The notes under the pieces are model-generated. The model saw only the letters and a program-made list of their open reading frames with translations. It did no database searches and was not told where the DNA came from. The translations under genes and the position numbers were made by a program. A stretch of 64,000 nucleotides of DNA from an uncultured bacterium (lineage in GTDB: Bacteria > Desulfobacterota_D > UBA1144 > Nemesobacterales > UBA2774), in the NCBI GenBank assembly GCA_963705505.1, contig CAVPJU010000001.1, positions 192,001 to 256,000 on the forward strand, given 5' to 3'. Within the stretch, counting starts at the first letter, position 1. Every line of letters begins with the position of its first letter. Positions 1 through 10,013 of the stretch are shown here, piece by piece.

Positions 1-411
1 TCAATTTTATTGATACTTTTTTCTTTACTCATTTTCATGTTCTCTTGCCGCGGGGAAAAGGGCACGGTGGACAACTGGAAATACGTGGGCACTATAAAGG
101 ACGAAAAGGGGAATGAAGTCGGAGTTTTTATGGATATGGCGAATTTAGAGATCGACGGGAACAAGAGGAAGTTCTGGATCAGGTATATGGGGATTAAGGA
201 CGCGAAAACAGGGGAAAAATATATCCGTCAAACGGGCTATTGGGAGATCGACTGTTATGACAGGACGCTATTCAGGCTTGGGGAGGAATACTACAGCCCT
301 GAAGGTACGCTGCAGGGCAGGTCTGAGAAACGGGTGAGGGAGGAGTACAGCTCCTATGAATCTCTCGGGGCTAAAATGTCGGACATCGCCTGCCGTTACG
401 GTGGGAAGTAA
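1..411 (+). CDS. Hypothetical lipoprotein, 5'-truncated by window edge (surface-adhesin E-like fold possible)
   Basis: Frame is open from position 1; hydrophobic stretch ends in lipobox-like FMFSC; W-x-Y-V-G and E-I-D-C patterns resemble adhesin E-like proteins. Confidence 0.6.
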   Translation, partial: SILLILFSLLIFMFSCRGEKGTVDNWKYVGTIKDEKGNEVGVFMDMANLEIDGNKRKFWIRYMGIKDAKTGEKYIRQTGYWEIDCYDRTLFRLGEEYYSPEGTLQGRSEKRVREEYSSYESLGAKMSDIACRYGGK

Positions 412-506
412 TCTTTATCTTCGATTAAACCTTCTCCAGAAGGGCAGCAACTAAATGGATAGGAATCTCCCCCTAACTCCCTTCTTATGCTCTGAAATCT
501 TCGGCC

Positions 507-737
507 TCAATGCTTCACGTCGCTCGGTAGGAGCACCATTTCCCAGATCGAGATCATAACTTCTTCTTTTTCGGTCAGCTCGGGCTTCTTTCCAGTCATT
601 ATTTCTTTGGCGTACTTGTTGGCAAACTCGTTTAAGTCGCTGATGCTGACGTCTATCTCTTCCGGGTTGTCGTGAAGCATAACGCGGAAGCCGCTTTCCG
701 TCTGTGTTGCTGTGAATCCGTTTAATTCCCTGTTCAT
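507..737 (-). CDS. Hypothetical protein, 76 aa
   Basis: ATG preceded by GGAG RBS; fills intergenic space; no recognisable motif. Confidence 0.6.
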   Translation of the reverse strand: MNRELNGFTATQTESGFRVMLHDNPEEIDVSISDLNEFANKYAKEIMTGKKPELTEKEEVMISIWEMVLLPSDVKH

Positions 738-874
738 GTTTTTTGTCTCCGAATTTTTACTTTAATTTTAATATAGTCACGGGTTTTTTGTTTTAAAGGG
801 TGGAATTTTTACGGGCCTCGAAAGGCCGCTGCCCGCCGGGATTTCCCTGACGGCGGCGCTCTTTTGAGTCGGTG

Positions 875-1693
875 TCAGACGAGTTTTATATTGAGATTCC
901 CGTTGGTTGCGAGAAGATCGCATCTCCTGTTCTGCCTGAATTCCTTCCATTCGCAGGGCGTGCCGTCCAGGTGAAGCAGTGCGCCCCCGGCTTCGCTGAC
1001 GAATAAGATTCCGGCGGCGATGTCCCAGAGCGAGATCTTCGTGGTCATGTAGCTCTCGGACCTCCCCATTCCGACGAAGGCGAGCTCGAGGGCGGCTGAG
1101 CCGAGCTTCCTCGTGTCTTTAACCTGAAGGTAGTATTTACCGAGCAGCTCGAGCGACTTTTTCTTGTTTTTTACCCCTCCCTCGCAATAAACCCCGTACG
1201 CATTGCTTGCCCTGCTCACACCGGAGACCCTCGCTCGCCTCACTTTTTTCCTGAGGTTATCATGGTGATACGCGCCGTATCCCCTGACGGATACAAATCT
1301 CTCCATCATCATCGGGGCTTCTATAACCCCTAAAACGGGCTCCCCTTTGTGCCAGAGGGATATGGAGACCGCGAACAACGGGTTCTGATCGGCAAAGTTG
1401 CTCGTGCCGTCAAGCGGGTCGATTATCCAGAGCCAGGGGGACTTTTTGTCGACGAATCCCGTTTCCTCTGTGACATAAGAGTGGGCGGGAAAACGGCTTT
1501 CGATCTCTTTCCTGATGACCTTGTCGGCTACTATGTCGTATACGAGCTTTACCTCTTTGACCGTGCCGCGCTCGACGGGGTCTTCTTTTCTGAAGCTCTG
1601 CAAGAGTCTCTTTCCCGCTTTCTCTGCTATTAAAATGGCCTGATTTAGCAGCTTCCTTTCCTCTTCCGGCAATTTCCTCTCGAGTTCGTTCAT
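875..1693 (-). CDS. suhB: Inositol monophosphatase family protein
   Basis: TEE, WIIDPLDGTSNF, RKLGSAALELAFV and WDIAAG motifs. Confidence 0.9.
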   Translation of the reverse strand: MNELERKLPEEERKLLNQAILIAEKAGKRLLQSFRKEDPVERGTVKEVKLVYDIVADKVIRKEIESRFPAHSYVTEETGFVDKKSPWLWIIDPLDGTSNFADQNPLFAVSISLWHKGEPVLGVIEAPMMMERFVSVRGYGAYHHDNLRKKVRRARVSGVSRASNAYGVYCEGGVKNKKKSLELLGKYYLQVKDTRKLGSAALELAFVGMGRSESYMTTKISLWDIAAGILFVSEAGGALLHLDGTPCEWKEFRQNRRCDLLATNGNLNIKLV

Positions 1694-1771
1694 CGTTTTA
1701 ACCCCCTGAGTTTCATTCTATCCGTCTCCTGAATAATGTAGACTTAAATAATATCCGATCCCGGAGGAATT

Positions 1772-2050
1772 ATGGGCAGCCCTTACCTTGAGGGAGAAAA
1801 GGCGCTTGAGAGGTTAGGCGATCTCACCGAGCTTATCTGCAGGATAGCGGAAGGCAGCGGTCTCGATAATGAGGATAATGAGTTGATCGAGAAACTCCTT
1901 CAGGATATGAGCGCCGCTCTCAGGGAAAGGGACGTCGACAGGGCGAAGAAGCTCGTAATGCGTTTGCTTTCGGAGGTCCTCGGATACGATGAGGTCAGAG
2001 CCAGGTTCGTAATGAACAACCATCTGAATAAAAACGCGGGATGGGATTGA
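1772..2050 (+). CDS. Hypothetical helical protein, 92 aa
   Basis: GGAGG RBS before ATG; amphipathic helical sequence; no known motif. Confidence 0.6.
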   Translation: MGSPYLEGEKALERLGDLTELICRIAEGSGLDNEDNELIEKLLQDMSAALRERDVDRAKKLVMRLLSEVLGYDEVRARFVMNNHLNKNAGWD

Positions 2051-2101
2051 GGAGTTTTTTTATAGCCCCCTTTGCCCGTTTACAGGCTCCGGCTATGTTT
2101 C

Positions 2102-2671
2102 TCATCCGCCGGATAAGTCATCTTCGTTCAATATCCTGTCGACCGCTTCGATGAGGTCCCTCTCGATAAAATCTGCGTATCCGGAATCGTCCTCGGTGCC
2201 GGTCTGAACCTGAATCGTTCTGAGCCCGGAGCTCTTGCCCGCGAGCATGTCGATATCCGAATCCCCGACCATCCAGGATCCGGTTTTATGAATATTGTAG
2301 GAATCGCATATCACGTCGATCATGCCGGTCTTTGGCTTCCTGCATTCGCAGACTATGTTGTAGGGGGATAATGTACCGCGGGGGTTATGGGGGCAATATT
2401 CATATTCCGTAATAAAAACCCCGTTATACTTGAGAATCAGGTCGAGGCAGTGATGGAGTTCTTCCACGTCCTTTTCGGTGAGGTGTCCCTTGGCTATCCT
2501 GCCCTGGTTCGTCACGACGAACAGGAGGAACTCGTTCTCCGCTAATTTTTTCAGCGCCGCGATATAGCTTTCAGGGATGAAGAAGTCTTCGACCCTGTAG
2601 ATATACTTCTCGCCTCCGTGAGGCAGGAGTATCGTCTTATCCCTGTCGAGAAACACCGCCTTTAAGCTCAT
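2102..2671 (-). CDS. gmhB: D,D-heptose 1,7-bisphosphate phosphatase (HAD IIIA family)
   Basis: FLDRD, VVTNQ, CPH...CECRKPKTGM and MVGDSDID motifs. Confidence 0.85.
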   Translation of the reverse strand: MSLKAVFLDRDKTILLPHGGEKYIYRVEDFFIPESYIAALKKLAENEFLLFVVTNQGRIAKGHLTEKDVEELHHCLDLILKYNGVFITEYEYCPHNPRGTLSPYNIVCECRKPKTGMIDVICDSYNIHKTGSWMVGDSDIDMLAGKSSGLRTIQVQTGTEDDSGYADFIERDLIEAVDRILNEDDLSGG

Positions 2672-2734
2672 TCGTCACCCGGTGGGGAACCTCCTAAACT
2701 AAACTTTAACCGTTAAGGGAATCGAAGCCAATAA

Positions 2735-2782
2735 GCGTTATGCTGCCATGCGTTATGCAGCCATGGCTTTATGTCCTGACAT
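2735..2782. repeat. Tandem 15-bp direct repeat GCGTTATGCWGCCAT x2 plus a degenerate third copy
   Basis: Copies at 2735-2749 and 2750-2764 differ by one base; GCTTTATGTCCTGACAT at 2766-2782. Confidence 0.75.
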
Positions 2783-2854
2783 GCGGACTGAATAGATCGG
2801 GCGGCCTGGAAAAACGATTTTTATCGGGGAGTTGCGGGTGTGGACTCTTCAGCT

Positions 2855-3070
2855 TTATTTGCCGGGGGCCTTGAAATACTTATCTTTGGCTTCTTTAGGG
2901 AGGTGTTTCTTCAGGTACTCCGTTACGGCTTCCCTGACGATCTGGGCAGGCCTCATCTGGAGATGCCACTGCGACTCGTTAAGCATATCGACGAATTCCT
3001 GTGAAGCCTTTACGTATATAGCCTTTTCGAGCGGCTCTTTCTTACTTTTCTCTTTCTTTTTGATAACCAT
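2855..3070 (-). CDS. Small basic ribbon-helix-helix (CopG/Arc-like) DNA-binding protein
   Basis: Beta strand KAIYVK followed by two helices (SQEFVDMLNE / PAQIVREAVTEYL). Confidence 0.6.
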   Translation of the reverse strand: MVIKKKEKSKKEPLEKAIYVKASQEFVDMLNESQWHLQMRPAQIVREAVTEYLKKHLPKEAKDKYFKAPGK

Positions 3071-3405
3071 ATTTTAAATATATAACATAGTCCGGATATA
3101 AAATGAATAGCTGTTTTTCGGGTGTCGGCTATTGAAAGCCGTTCACTGAGAATCGTGAGTAAAAATATGTAATATTCTCTGCGGATTATCTTGGGCTAAA
3201 AAAGTCTAAGCCTGCCTTATTTTTTTTCACTCCGGCCCCCGCAATTGCGCATCGAGTATTGTTTATAATGCAGCGATGAATAGAATATAGATGTATGACG
3301 TGACGAGCTGCGCCCGGTGCGGAAAATTAACGTACCGTACGGTCATAGGTTCGTTGCGGAATCGAATCGAACGATTCTGCGTCATAATAGATGGGGAGAA
3401 ATACG

Positions 3406-4497
3406 ATGAAATGGTCTTGGAAGATAGGCGAGTTCGCGGGCATAGGGGTTTATATGCACGCGACTTTTCTACTTATAATTGCCTGGGTCATATTGATTCA
3501 CTGGAGCGCGGGACACGACCTTGCGACTATAGCATCGGGAGTCGTGTTCGTCCTGGCTTTATTCCTCTGTGTGGTACTCCACGAATTCGGACACGCTCTG
3601 ACGGCCAGAAGATACGGCATAAAAACCCGAGATATAACTCTTCTGCCGATAGGAGGGGTGGCCCGTCTTGAGCGCATGCCGGATGACCCTATGCAGGAGT
3701 TCTGGGTCGCTCTCGCGGGGCCGGCCGTGACCGTAGCCATTGCGGTGCTTTTGTATGTCTGGCTTCAAATAACTGGCGGCTTTGTGCCCATAGATAAGCT
3801 TACACTCACTCAGGGTTCCTTTATCGAGCGCCTCATGTTAGTCAACGTGTTTCTGTTTGTTTTTAATATTATCCCCGCGTTCCCCATGGACGGCGGCAGG
3901 GTGCTGAGAGCGCTTCTCGCATTGCACGGCGATTACACAAAGGCGACGCAGACAGCAGCGACGATCGGACAGGCGATAGCCCTTATTTTCGGCTTTGTCG
4001 GTCTCTTTACCAACCCCTTCCTCATCTTCATAGCGCTTTTCGTCTGGATAGGCGCTGCTCAGGAAGCGAGCATGGTAAAGATAAAATCAGCCCTCGGCGG
4101 GATTCCGGTTTATAAGGCTATGCTCACGGATTATAAGACCGTAGGCCCGGGTGATATGTTGAAGCAATTAGTCGAGCTCACGATGTCGGGCTCGCAGCAG
4201 GATTTTCCCGTCGTCGATAACGGCAGGTTAGTCGGTATGGTCCCGCATGCGGACCTCATAAAGGGACTCGCGGAGAAGGGCGATTCGGCTTCTGTCGGAG
4301 AGATAATGCGGCGCGAATTTCAGGTCGTCGATCCTTCGGAAATGCTGGAGTATGCTTTTGCGCGTCTTCAGACGGGCGATTTCTACACTATGCCCGTCGT
4401 TAAAAACGGGAACCTTGTCGGCCTCCTGACCATGGATAACGTGGGGGAATTCATGAGGATACAGTCGGCCATGTCGGGCTCCCGTGCCCGGGGATAA
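3406..4497 (+). CDS. Site-2 protease (M50) with C-terminal CBS pair
   Basis: HEFGH zinc motif, NIIPAFPMDGGR, TM segments, tandem CBS domains. Confidence 0.92.
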   Translation: MKWSWKIGEFAGIGVYMHATFLLIIAWVILIHWSAGHDLATIASGVVFVLALFLCVVLHEFGHALTARRYGIKTRDITLLPIGGVARLERMPDDPMQEFWVALAGPAVTVAIAVLLYVWLQITGGFVPIDKLTLTQGSFIERLMLVNVFLFVFNIIPAFPMDGGRVLRALLALHGDYTKATQTAATIGQAIALIFGFVGLFTNPFLIFIALFVWIGAAQEASMVKIKSALGGIPVYKAMLTDYKTVGPGDMLKQLVELTMSGSQQDFPVVDNGRLVGMVPHADLIKGLAEKGDSASVGEIMRREFQVVDPSEMLEYAFARLQTGDFYTMPVVKNGNLVGLLTMDNVGEFMRIQSAMSGSRARG

Positions 4498-4616
4498 CCG
4501 GATCATATCATTATCGATCACACTCCTGCCATGGCCGGTCTCAAGATTTGCGGCTGGATGGTAGTATTATGGACATGTAGTCGGAATCTATCCCCGAAAA
4601 AAATCCGGGTGCGATC

Positions 4617-6867
4617 ATGGAAGAAAAAACCGAAATCATCAGCAGGGATCGGCAGAAAACACGTCGCCTCCACGTTACCGATATGAGCTGTGCGGGCTGT
4701 GTCGAAACTGTGGAAAAAACCCTGAAGTCCGTCCCCGGGGTGTCCGACGCGGAGGTCAATTTTGCTGAGAGGACAGCGACCGTGACGGGCGATGTTCCCT
4801 GCCGATGTGCTCGTGAAGGCCGTCGGCAAGGCCGGTTACACGGCCTCGTTACTAGAGGACGAGGACTCGGAGGCGGAGAAGGAAAATACGGAGCTTGAGC
4901 ATTACAGAAGACTCCTCCGGCAGACGGTCGTTTCAGGAGCGATAAGCGTCCTCATATTCGCCGTAAGCATGTTCGACCTGCTCCCTTCGCTCGATTCAGT
5001 AAAGGGGCAGATTTCATGGGGAGCCGTCTCCCTGCTCACCCTGTTCGTCCTCACATACGGGGGAGGCCGTTTTTTCACGGGCGCATGGAAATCCTTCAAA
5101 AATCATAATGCGAACATGGATACGCTGATAGCCATAGGGACAGGGGTCGCATGGGTCTATTCGACTTTCGTCGTGCTCTTTCCAGGCTCCGTGGCGGAGA
5201 TAGCGAGGCACCTTTATTTCGAGACCGCGGCGCTGATAATAGCGTTTATCAATCTGGGCTCTGCGCTTGAAATGAGAGCCCGCGGGAAGACCTCTCAGGC
5301 TATAAAGCGCCTCATTGGTCTTCAGCCCAGAACCGCCCGGATAGTAAGAGGTGACGAAGAGGTCGATATCCCTATAGGGCTCGTGGTTTTGGGCGATATA
5401 GTCCGTGTGCGGCCGGGCGAGAAGATACCGGTTGACGGGGAGATAACGGAGGGCTCATCATACGTCGATGAATCGATGCTTACGGGCGAGCCAATTCCGG
5501 TCGAGAAGAAGAAAGGGGACTCGGCCGTGGGCGGGACGATTAACAAATCGGGGAGCTTTCTCTTCAGGGCGACCCGCATCGGCAAAGACACGGCTCTCGC
5601 CAGGATTATCGATATGGTGCGCAGGGCTCAGAACACGAAGCCCGAGATAGGCCGGCTTGCGGATAAGGTCTCCGGGATATTCGTCCCCTCAGTGCTTATC
5701 ATAGCCGTATTTACGATGCTCGCATGGTTTAATTTCGGCCCTTCTCCGCGAATCACATATATGCTCGTTACGACTATGGCTGTACTCATAATCGCATGCC
5801 CCTGCGCGCTCGGCCTCGCAACGCCTATCTCCGTGATGGTCGGGGTGGGCAAGGCAGCCGAATACGGCGTACTCATAAGAAAAGGGGACGCGCTCCAGCA
5901 GGCGGGCCAGCTTACTACGATAGTCCTCGATAAAACGGGGACGATCACGGAGGGAAAGCCCGTACTGACCGCAATCGAGCCATCCGCGCAATTAAACAGT
6001 GACGAATTACTGACGCTCGCAGCAAGTGTGGAGAGCGGCTCCGAGCATCCACTCGCGCAGGCGATTGTAGAAGCCGCAAAAGTTAAGAATCTCGGGCTCA
6101 GGACTATCGAATCGTTTGAAGCAATATCAGGTCACGGCGTGAGGGCTCTCTACGACGGAAATACGTTTCTCCTCGGCAACCGTAAGCTGCTGGCCGATAA
6201 TAATGTAGATGCGGAATCGCTAAATTCAGCTGCGGAACGTTTATCGAAGCAGGGACAGACGGTGGTATTCGCGGCTCTAAACGGGAGCGCGGCCGGCGTG
6301 CTCGGGATATCCGATCCCGTTAAGGCTGACTCCAGGGAAGCCGTTCAAAGGCTACGCAAAGAGGGGATCAAGGTGATAATGCTTACGGGAGACAGCCGTA
6401 TCACCGCGCAGTCGGTCGCGGAGCAGGTAGGGGTGGATGAATTCATAGCGGAGGTATTGCCTGAGGAAAAGGCTAAAGAAATTTCGAAGCTTCAGGCAAG
6501 GGGCGAGAAGGTCGGAATGGTCGGTGACGGTATTAATGACGCTCCTGCCTTAGCCGGGGCCGATGTCGGCTTCGCGATAGGGACGGGGACTGACGTCGCC
6601 ATTGAGAGCGCGGATATAACTCTCATGAGGGGGTCTCTCCACGGCGTCGCCGATGCGGTGGGTATTTCGAAAGCGACTTTGAGAAACATCAAAGAGAATT
6701 TGCTGGGCGCATTCGCCTATAATACGCTCGCCATACCGATAGCAGCCGGAATATTATTCCCCTTCACGGGGCTTCTGCTCAATCCCGTCATAGCGGGCGC
6801 TGCTATGGCTCTGTCCTCCGTTACTGTCGTAACGAATGCGAACAGGCTCAGGTGGTTTAAACCGTGA
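4617..6867 (+). CDS. copA: Cu(I)-exporting P1B-type ATPase with a +1 frameshift at about 4797-4800 inside the N-terminal HMA domain
   Basis: MSCAGC in the first frame; [27 protein letters not shown] and MALSS in the second frame; removing one C joins both into one ORF. Confidence 0.9.
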
Positions 6868-6880
6868 GCAAGGCGGATTC

Positions 6881-7255
6881 ATGAATATCGTTGTCAACTT
6901 AGCGGGAATTATTCTCGCCGGATTCATCGTCTGGTGGTTCTGGATTTCAAAAAGCGGCAAAGAAGCGCGTATAGCCGGGAATGAAATCAGTATTACGGTG
7001 GATGGGGGAGTCTACGACCCTCCCGTGATCCGCGTCCCTGCGGGCAAACCCCTCACGCTACGTTTTATCAGAAAGGACGCGAGTCCGTGCGCGGAAAAGG
7101 TGATTTTTAAAGGGCTCGATATAAGCGCCGATCTTCCTCTGGGGAAACCCTATGAACTCAGCATTACACCCGAGAAAGCCGGTGAGTACGAATTTACATG
7201 CCAGATGGCAATGTACCGCGGCAAGCTGATTGTGGAAGAGGACACGAAGTCCTGA
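6881..7255 (+). CDS. Membrane-anchored cupredoxin-domain protein (CupA-like)
   Basis: N-terminal TM helix, SPCAEKV and FTCQMAMYRG motifs; directly after copA. Confidence 0.85.
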   Translation: MNIVVNLAGIILAGFIVWWFWISKSGKEARIAGNEISITVDGGVYDPPVIRVPAGKPLTLRFIRKDASPCAEKVIFKGLDISADLPLGKPYELSITPEKAGEYEFTCQMAMYRGKLIVEEDTKS

Positions 7256-7402
7256 AAAATCCGCCGTACTTCACGGTCGATGTGTTCAGGACGATCTCCT
7301 CACGCCCGGACTGTCTTTGCCAATCCTCGAAATTACACACGAAGCCCGTGTTCTTTTAGCAAGAAAAAAATGGGGCTTCCTGGGATGGAGCTCGAGTAAG
7401 GT

Positions 7403-7606
7403 CTACTGAGAGATCTTATTGACCTTGCTGGCTTGAAGTCCCTTGGGGCTTTCGACTACTTCAAATTCTACTTCATCACCTTCGGCCAGGGTTCTGAAAC
7501 CAGATCCTTCAATGGCACTGTAATGAACGAATACGTCTTTACCGTTGTCCTGCTCGATGAATCCGAAACCTTTGGACTCGTTGAACCATTTAACCTTACC
7601 TTTCAA
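7403..7606 (-). CDS. cspA: Cold-shock protein
   Basis: GKVKWFN, KGFGFI (RNP1) and VFVHYS (RNP2). Confidence 0.95.
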   Translation of the reverse strand: MKGKVKWFNESKGFGFIEQDNGKDVFVHYSAIEGSGFRTLAEGDEVEFEVVESPKGLQASKVNKISQ

Positions 7607-7701
7607 ATCAATTCCTCCAAAAAATAAGATTCATGCAAGAGTACATACTTTTATTTTTTAGTCAACAGGAATGAATATTTTTTAATCTCGTCGGTTGCGA
7701 T

Positions 7702-7730
7702 TTGACATTAAAACCTAACCTATATAGCCT
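7702..7730 (+). promoter_or_regulatory. Putative sigma70 promoter of tpx
   Basis: TTGACA-N17-TAGCCT about 58 bp upstream of the start codon. Confidence 0.55.
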
Positions 7731-7787
7731 AAATCGGGAAAATCGATTATCACGGTGAATTGAAGAAATCGAGGAGGTATCAGCACC

Positions 7788-8306
7788 ATGGCGGAAGAAA
7801 GACCGAATGTGGTTAAAATGAAAGGCAACCCCGTCACCCTTTTGGGACACGAAGTCAAAGTCGGCCAAAAAGCCCCTGATTTCACGGCACATGCGGGCCT
7901 CGGAGCGCCTGTCGGACTCGGCGATCTGAAAGACAAGGTGAAAGTATTCAACGTCGTTGTTTCGGTAGATACTCCTGTCTGCGACGTTCAGACCAAGAGG
8001 TTTAACAAAGAGGCCGCCGGTCTCGGGGACGATGTCGAGATCGTGACTATCAGCATGGACCTCCCGTTTGCTCTCAAGCGTTACTGCGCTGCCGAGGGGA
8101 TAGATAAAGTGAGGACCCTGTCCGATTATCAGAACGCATCGTTCGGTGAAGCCTACGGTGTGCTGATAAAGGAAAACAGACTCCTCGCGAGGTCTATATT
8201 CGTCGTGGATAAGAACGACAAGGTCAGGCATGTGGAATATGTGGGCGAAATAACGCATGAGCCTGACTACGAATCGGCCTTGAAAGCGGTTAGGGAATCC
8301 GTATAA
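7788..8306 (+). CDS. tpx: Thiol peroxidase (atypical 2-Cys peroxiredoxin)
   Basis: SVDTPVC, SMDLPFALKRYC and LLARSIFV motifs; GGAGG RBS. Confidence 0.95.
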   Translation: MAEERPNVVKMKGNPVTLLGHEVKVGQKAPDFTAHAGLGAPVGLGDLKDKVKVFNVVVSVDTPVCDVQTKRFNKEAAGLGDDVEIVTISMDLPFALKRYCAAEGIDKVRTLSDYQNASFGEAYGVLIKENRLLARSIFVVDKNDKVRHVEYVGEITHEPDYESALKAVRESV

Positions 8307-8473
8307 CCGGCAGCTTGTTGAAAACCGGAAAGGAATCCGCCCTTAAGCAGGATGAAATTTTACTTCGGACGGTCCGGGATTTAAATCCATATCCCGGCAT
8401 TCTCACCTTTAAATTCTCCCTCCGGATATGTATCCTTATTAAAGAGAAGCAATTCAGTTAAGGAGGCTCTGCT

Positions 8474-9031
8474 ATGGGGCTCGGAAAAATGCTGTCAGGT
8501 CTGTTTAAAAAAGACGAGAAGGAAGAGGCTCCGGTTAATTCGAACAGTCCCGGAAATCTTTTGACCGATGGACCCGAAAAAGAGAATGTTTATCTAACCA
8601 AGACTCTCGAAGCACCAATGGGTAAGAGCGCTGCCTCAGACGGAGCCTCGGATGAAGTTTCGAAGATTAATCCCGAATCCGATAACAAATCCGGCTCACG
8701 CCAAGAAGCTTCCGCCGATTCCGGTAACGGCACGGTAACGGAGGAAAAGATCCTCGAAGTGCTGAGCAATGTGTATGACCCCGAGATTCCGATCGATATA
8801 GTCAATCTGGGTCTTATATACGGTATAGAGATAGAAGGCGGGAACGTCCGCATAAGCATGACTATGACTGCACCGGGATGTCCGGCTTCGACCCAGATAG
8901 CGGGCGAATCCAAAATCCTGGTCGAGGAGATTCCCGGCGTGGATTCCGTGGACATAGAGCTTGTCTGGGACCCGCCCTGGGATCCGAGCAAGATGAGCGA
9001 AGACGCTCAGCAGAGCCTGGGAATGTTTTGA
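8474..9031 (+). CDS. DUF59/MIP18 (SufT-like) Fe-S maturation protein with low-complexity N-terminal extension
   Basis: VYDPEIPIDIVNLGLIY, TMTAPGCP and WDPPW motifs. Confidence 0.88.
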   Translation: MGLGKMLSGLFKKDEKEEAPVNSNSPGNLLTDGPEKENVYLTKTLEAPMGKSAASDGASDEVSKINPESDNKSGSRQEASADSGNGTVTEEKILEVLSNVYDPEIPIDIVNLGLIYGIEIEGGNVRISMTMTAPGCPASTQIAGESKILVEEIPGVDSVDIELVWDPPWDPSKMSEDAQQSLGMF

Positions 9032-9078
9032 CCGGGGTCTGGTCTGGCGGCATCCATCCTGAAAAGGCATAATAAATT

Positions 9079-9840
9079 ATGCCTTCCCATCCACGAAGTA
9101 TTTTCGTAACCGGCACAGACACGGGTGTAGGTAAAACGGTCATAACTGCCGCCTTGGCCTGGACAATGGTAAAGGCGGGAAAAAAAACGGCGGTGATGAA
9201 ACCGGTGCAGACAGGCACCGGCCTGCCCGGACTTACTGACATCGAGTTTGTGGAGAAGGTGCTGGGCTCGGATTATGTCCTCGATGAAGCCTGCCCTTAC
9301 CGTTTTTCCGAGCCGCTTTCCCCACTGACCGCCTCCATGATCTCAGGAAAAAAAATAGACGTTGAGAAAATTAAAAGGGCGTTCCTCAAGCTCAAATCGA
9401 TTCATGACGTCGTCATCGTGGAAGGAGCGGGCGGCCTTCTCGTCCCGATACGCGAAGATTATCTTATGTGCGATCTCGCGTCTGACCTCGGGCTCTCTTT
9501 GCTCGTAGTTACGCGTCCCGGCCTCGGGACATTAAACCATACGGCTCTTACCGTTGAATCCGCGAAGTCGAGAGGGCTCGATATCCTGGGAATTGTTATC
9601 AACTGTTTTCCCTCAGTCCCCGGAGAGGCCGAGCGTACAAACCCCGCAATCATGATGCGAATGACCGGAGTGCCTATCGCCGGAGTGTTTCCGTCCGACC
9701 CTGCGCTGTCAGTGGAAGAGGGCAGAGTCGGGAGAATAAGGGAAATCGCCGCTTCGGCGTTCATTCCGTCGCTTTCCGGTACTTTTGACTCCGGTGAGTT
9801 CCTCTCGGCGCTCGGCAAAATCGACGGCGCCTTCTCCTGA
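9079..9840 (+). CDS. bioD: Dethiobiotin synthase
   Basis: TGTDTGVGKT, KPVQTG, VEGAGG and LGTLNHT motifs. Confidence 0.95.
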   Translation: MPSHPRSIFVTGTDTGVGKTVITAALAWTMVKAGKKTAVMKPVQTGTGLPGLTDIEFVEKVLGSDYVLDEACPYRFSEPLSPLTASMISGKKIDVEKIKRAFLKLKSIHDVVIVEGAGGLLVPIREDYLMCDLASDLGLSLLVVTRPGLGTLNHTALTVESAKSRGLDILGIVINCFPSVPGEAERTNPAIMMRMTGVPIAGVFPSDPALSVEEGRVGRIREIAASAFIPSLSGTFDSGEFLSALGKIDGAFS

Positions 9841-9916
9841 ATACCTACATTAACTGTCGTAAACCGTTAGAAATATTTTGAATCCGATACTGAGCGAAAA
9901 CAGGTGTAATCGAAAC

Positions 9917-9944
9917 TTGACAGATTAACTTGGTATGATATAAA
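9917..9944 (+). promoter_or_regulatory. Putative sigma70 promoter of the act operon
   Basis: TTGACA-N16-TATAAA with extended -10 TG. Confidence 0.55.
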
Positions 9945-10013
9945 TACTAGGCGTTTTTGAGTACTTAGATACAAACTTTCCAATGGATACACTCCAGAGC
10001 TAAGGTAAATAGG

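Noticed and set aside
813..865. GC-rich hairpins after suhB as a structured ncRNA
   Set aside because: Short stems only, compatible with an ordinary terminator or chance; no recognisable family.
2735..2782. CRISPR-like array
   Set aside because: Repeats are 15 bp, directly abutting, without spacers or cas genes.
3291..3671. 126-aa ORF overlapping the site-2 protease start
   Set aside because: Alternative frame over a confident gene; no RBS or recognisable domain.
4617..6867. Calling copA (and likewise pbpC and ppiA) pseudogenes
   Set aside because: Each has a single +1 indel in a short homopolymer with all catalytic motifs intact and no other decay, which fits sequencing error better than gene death.
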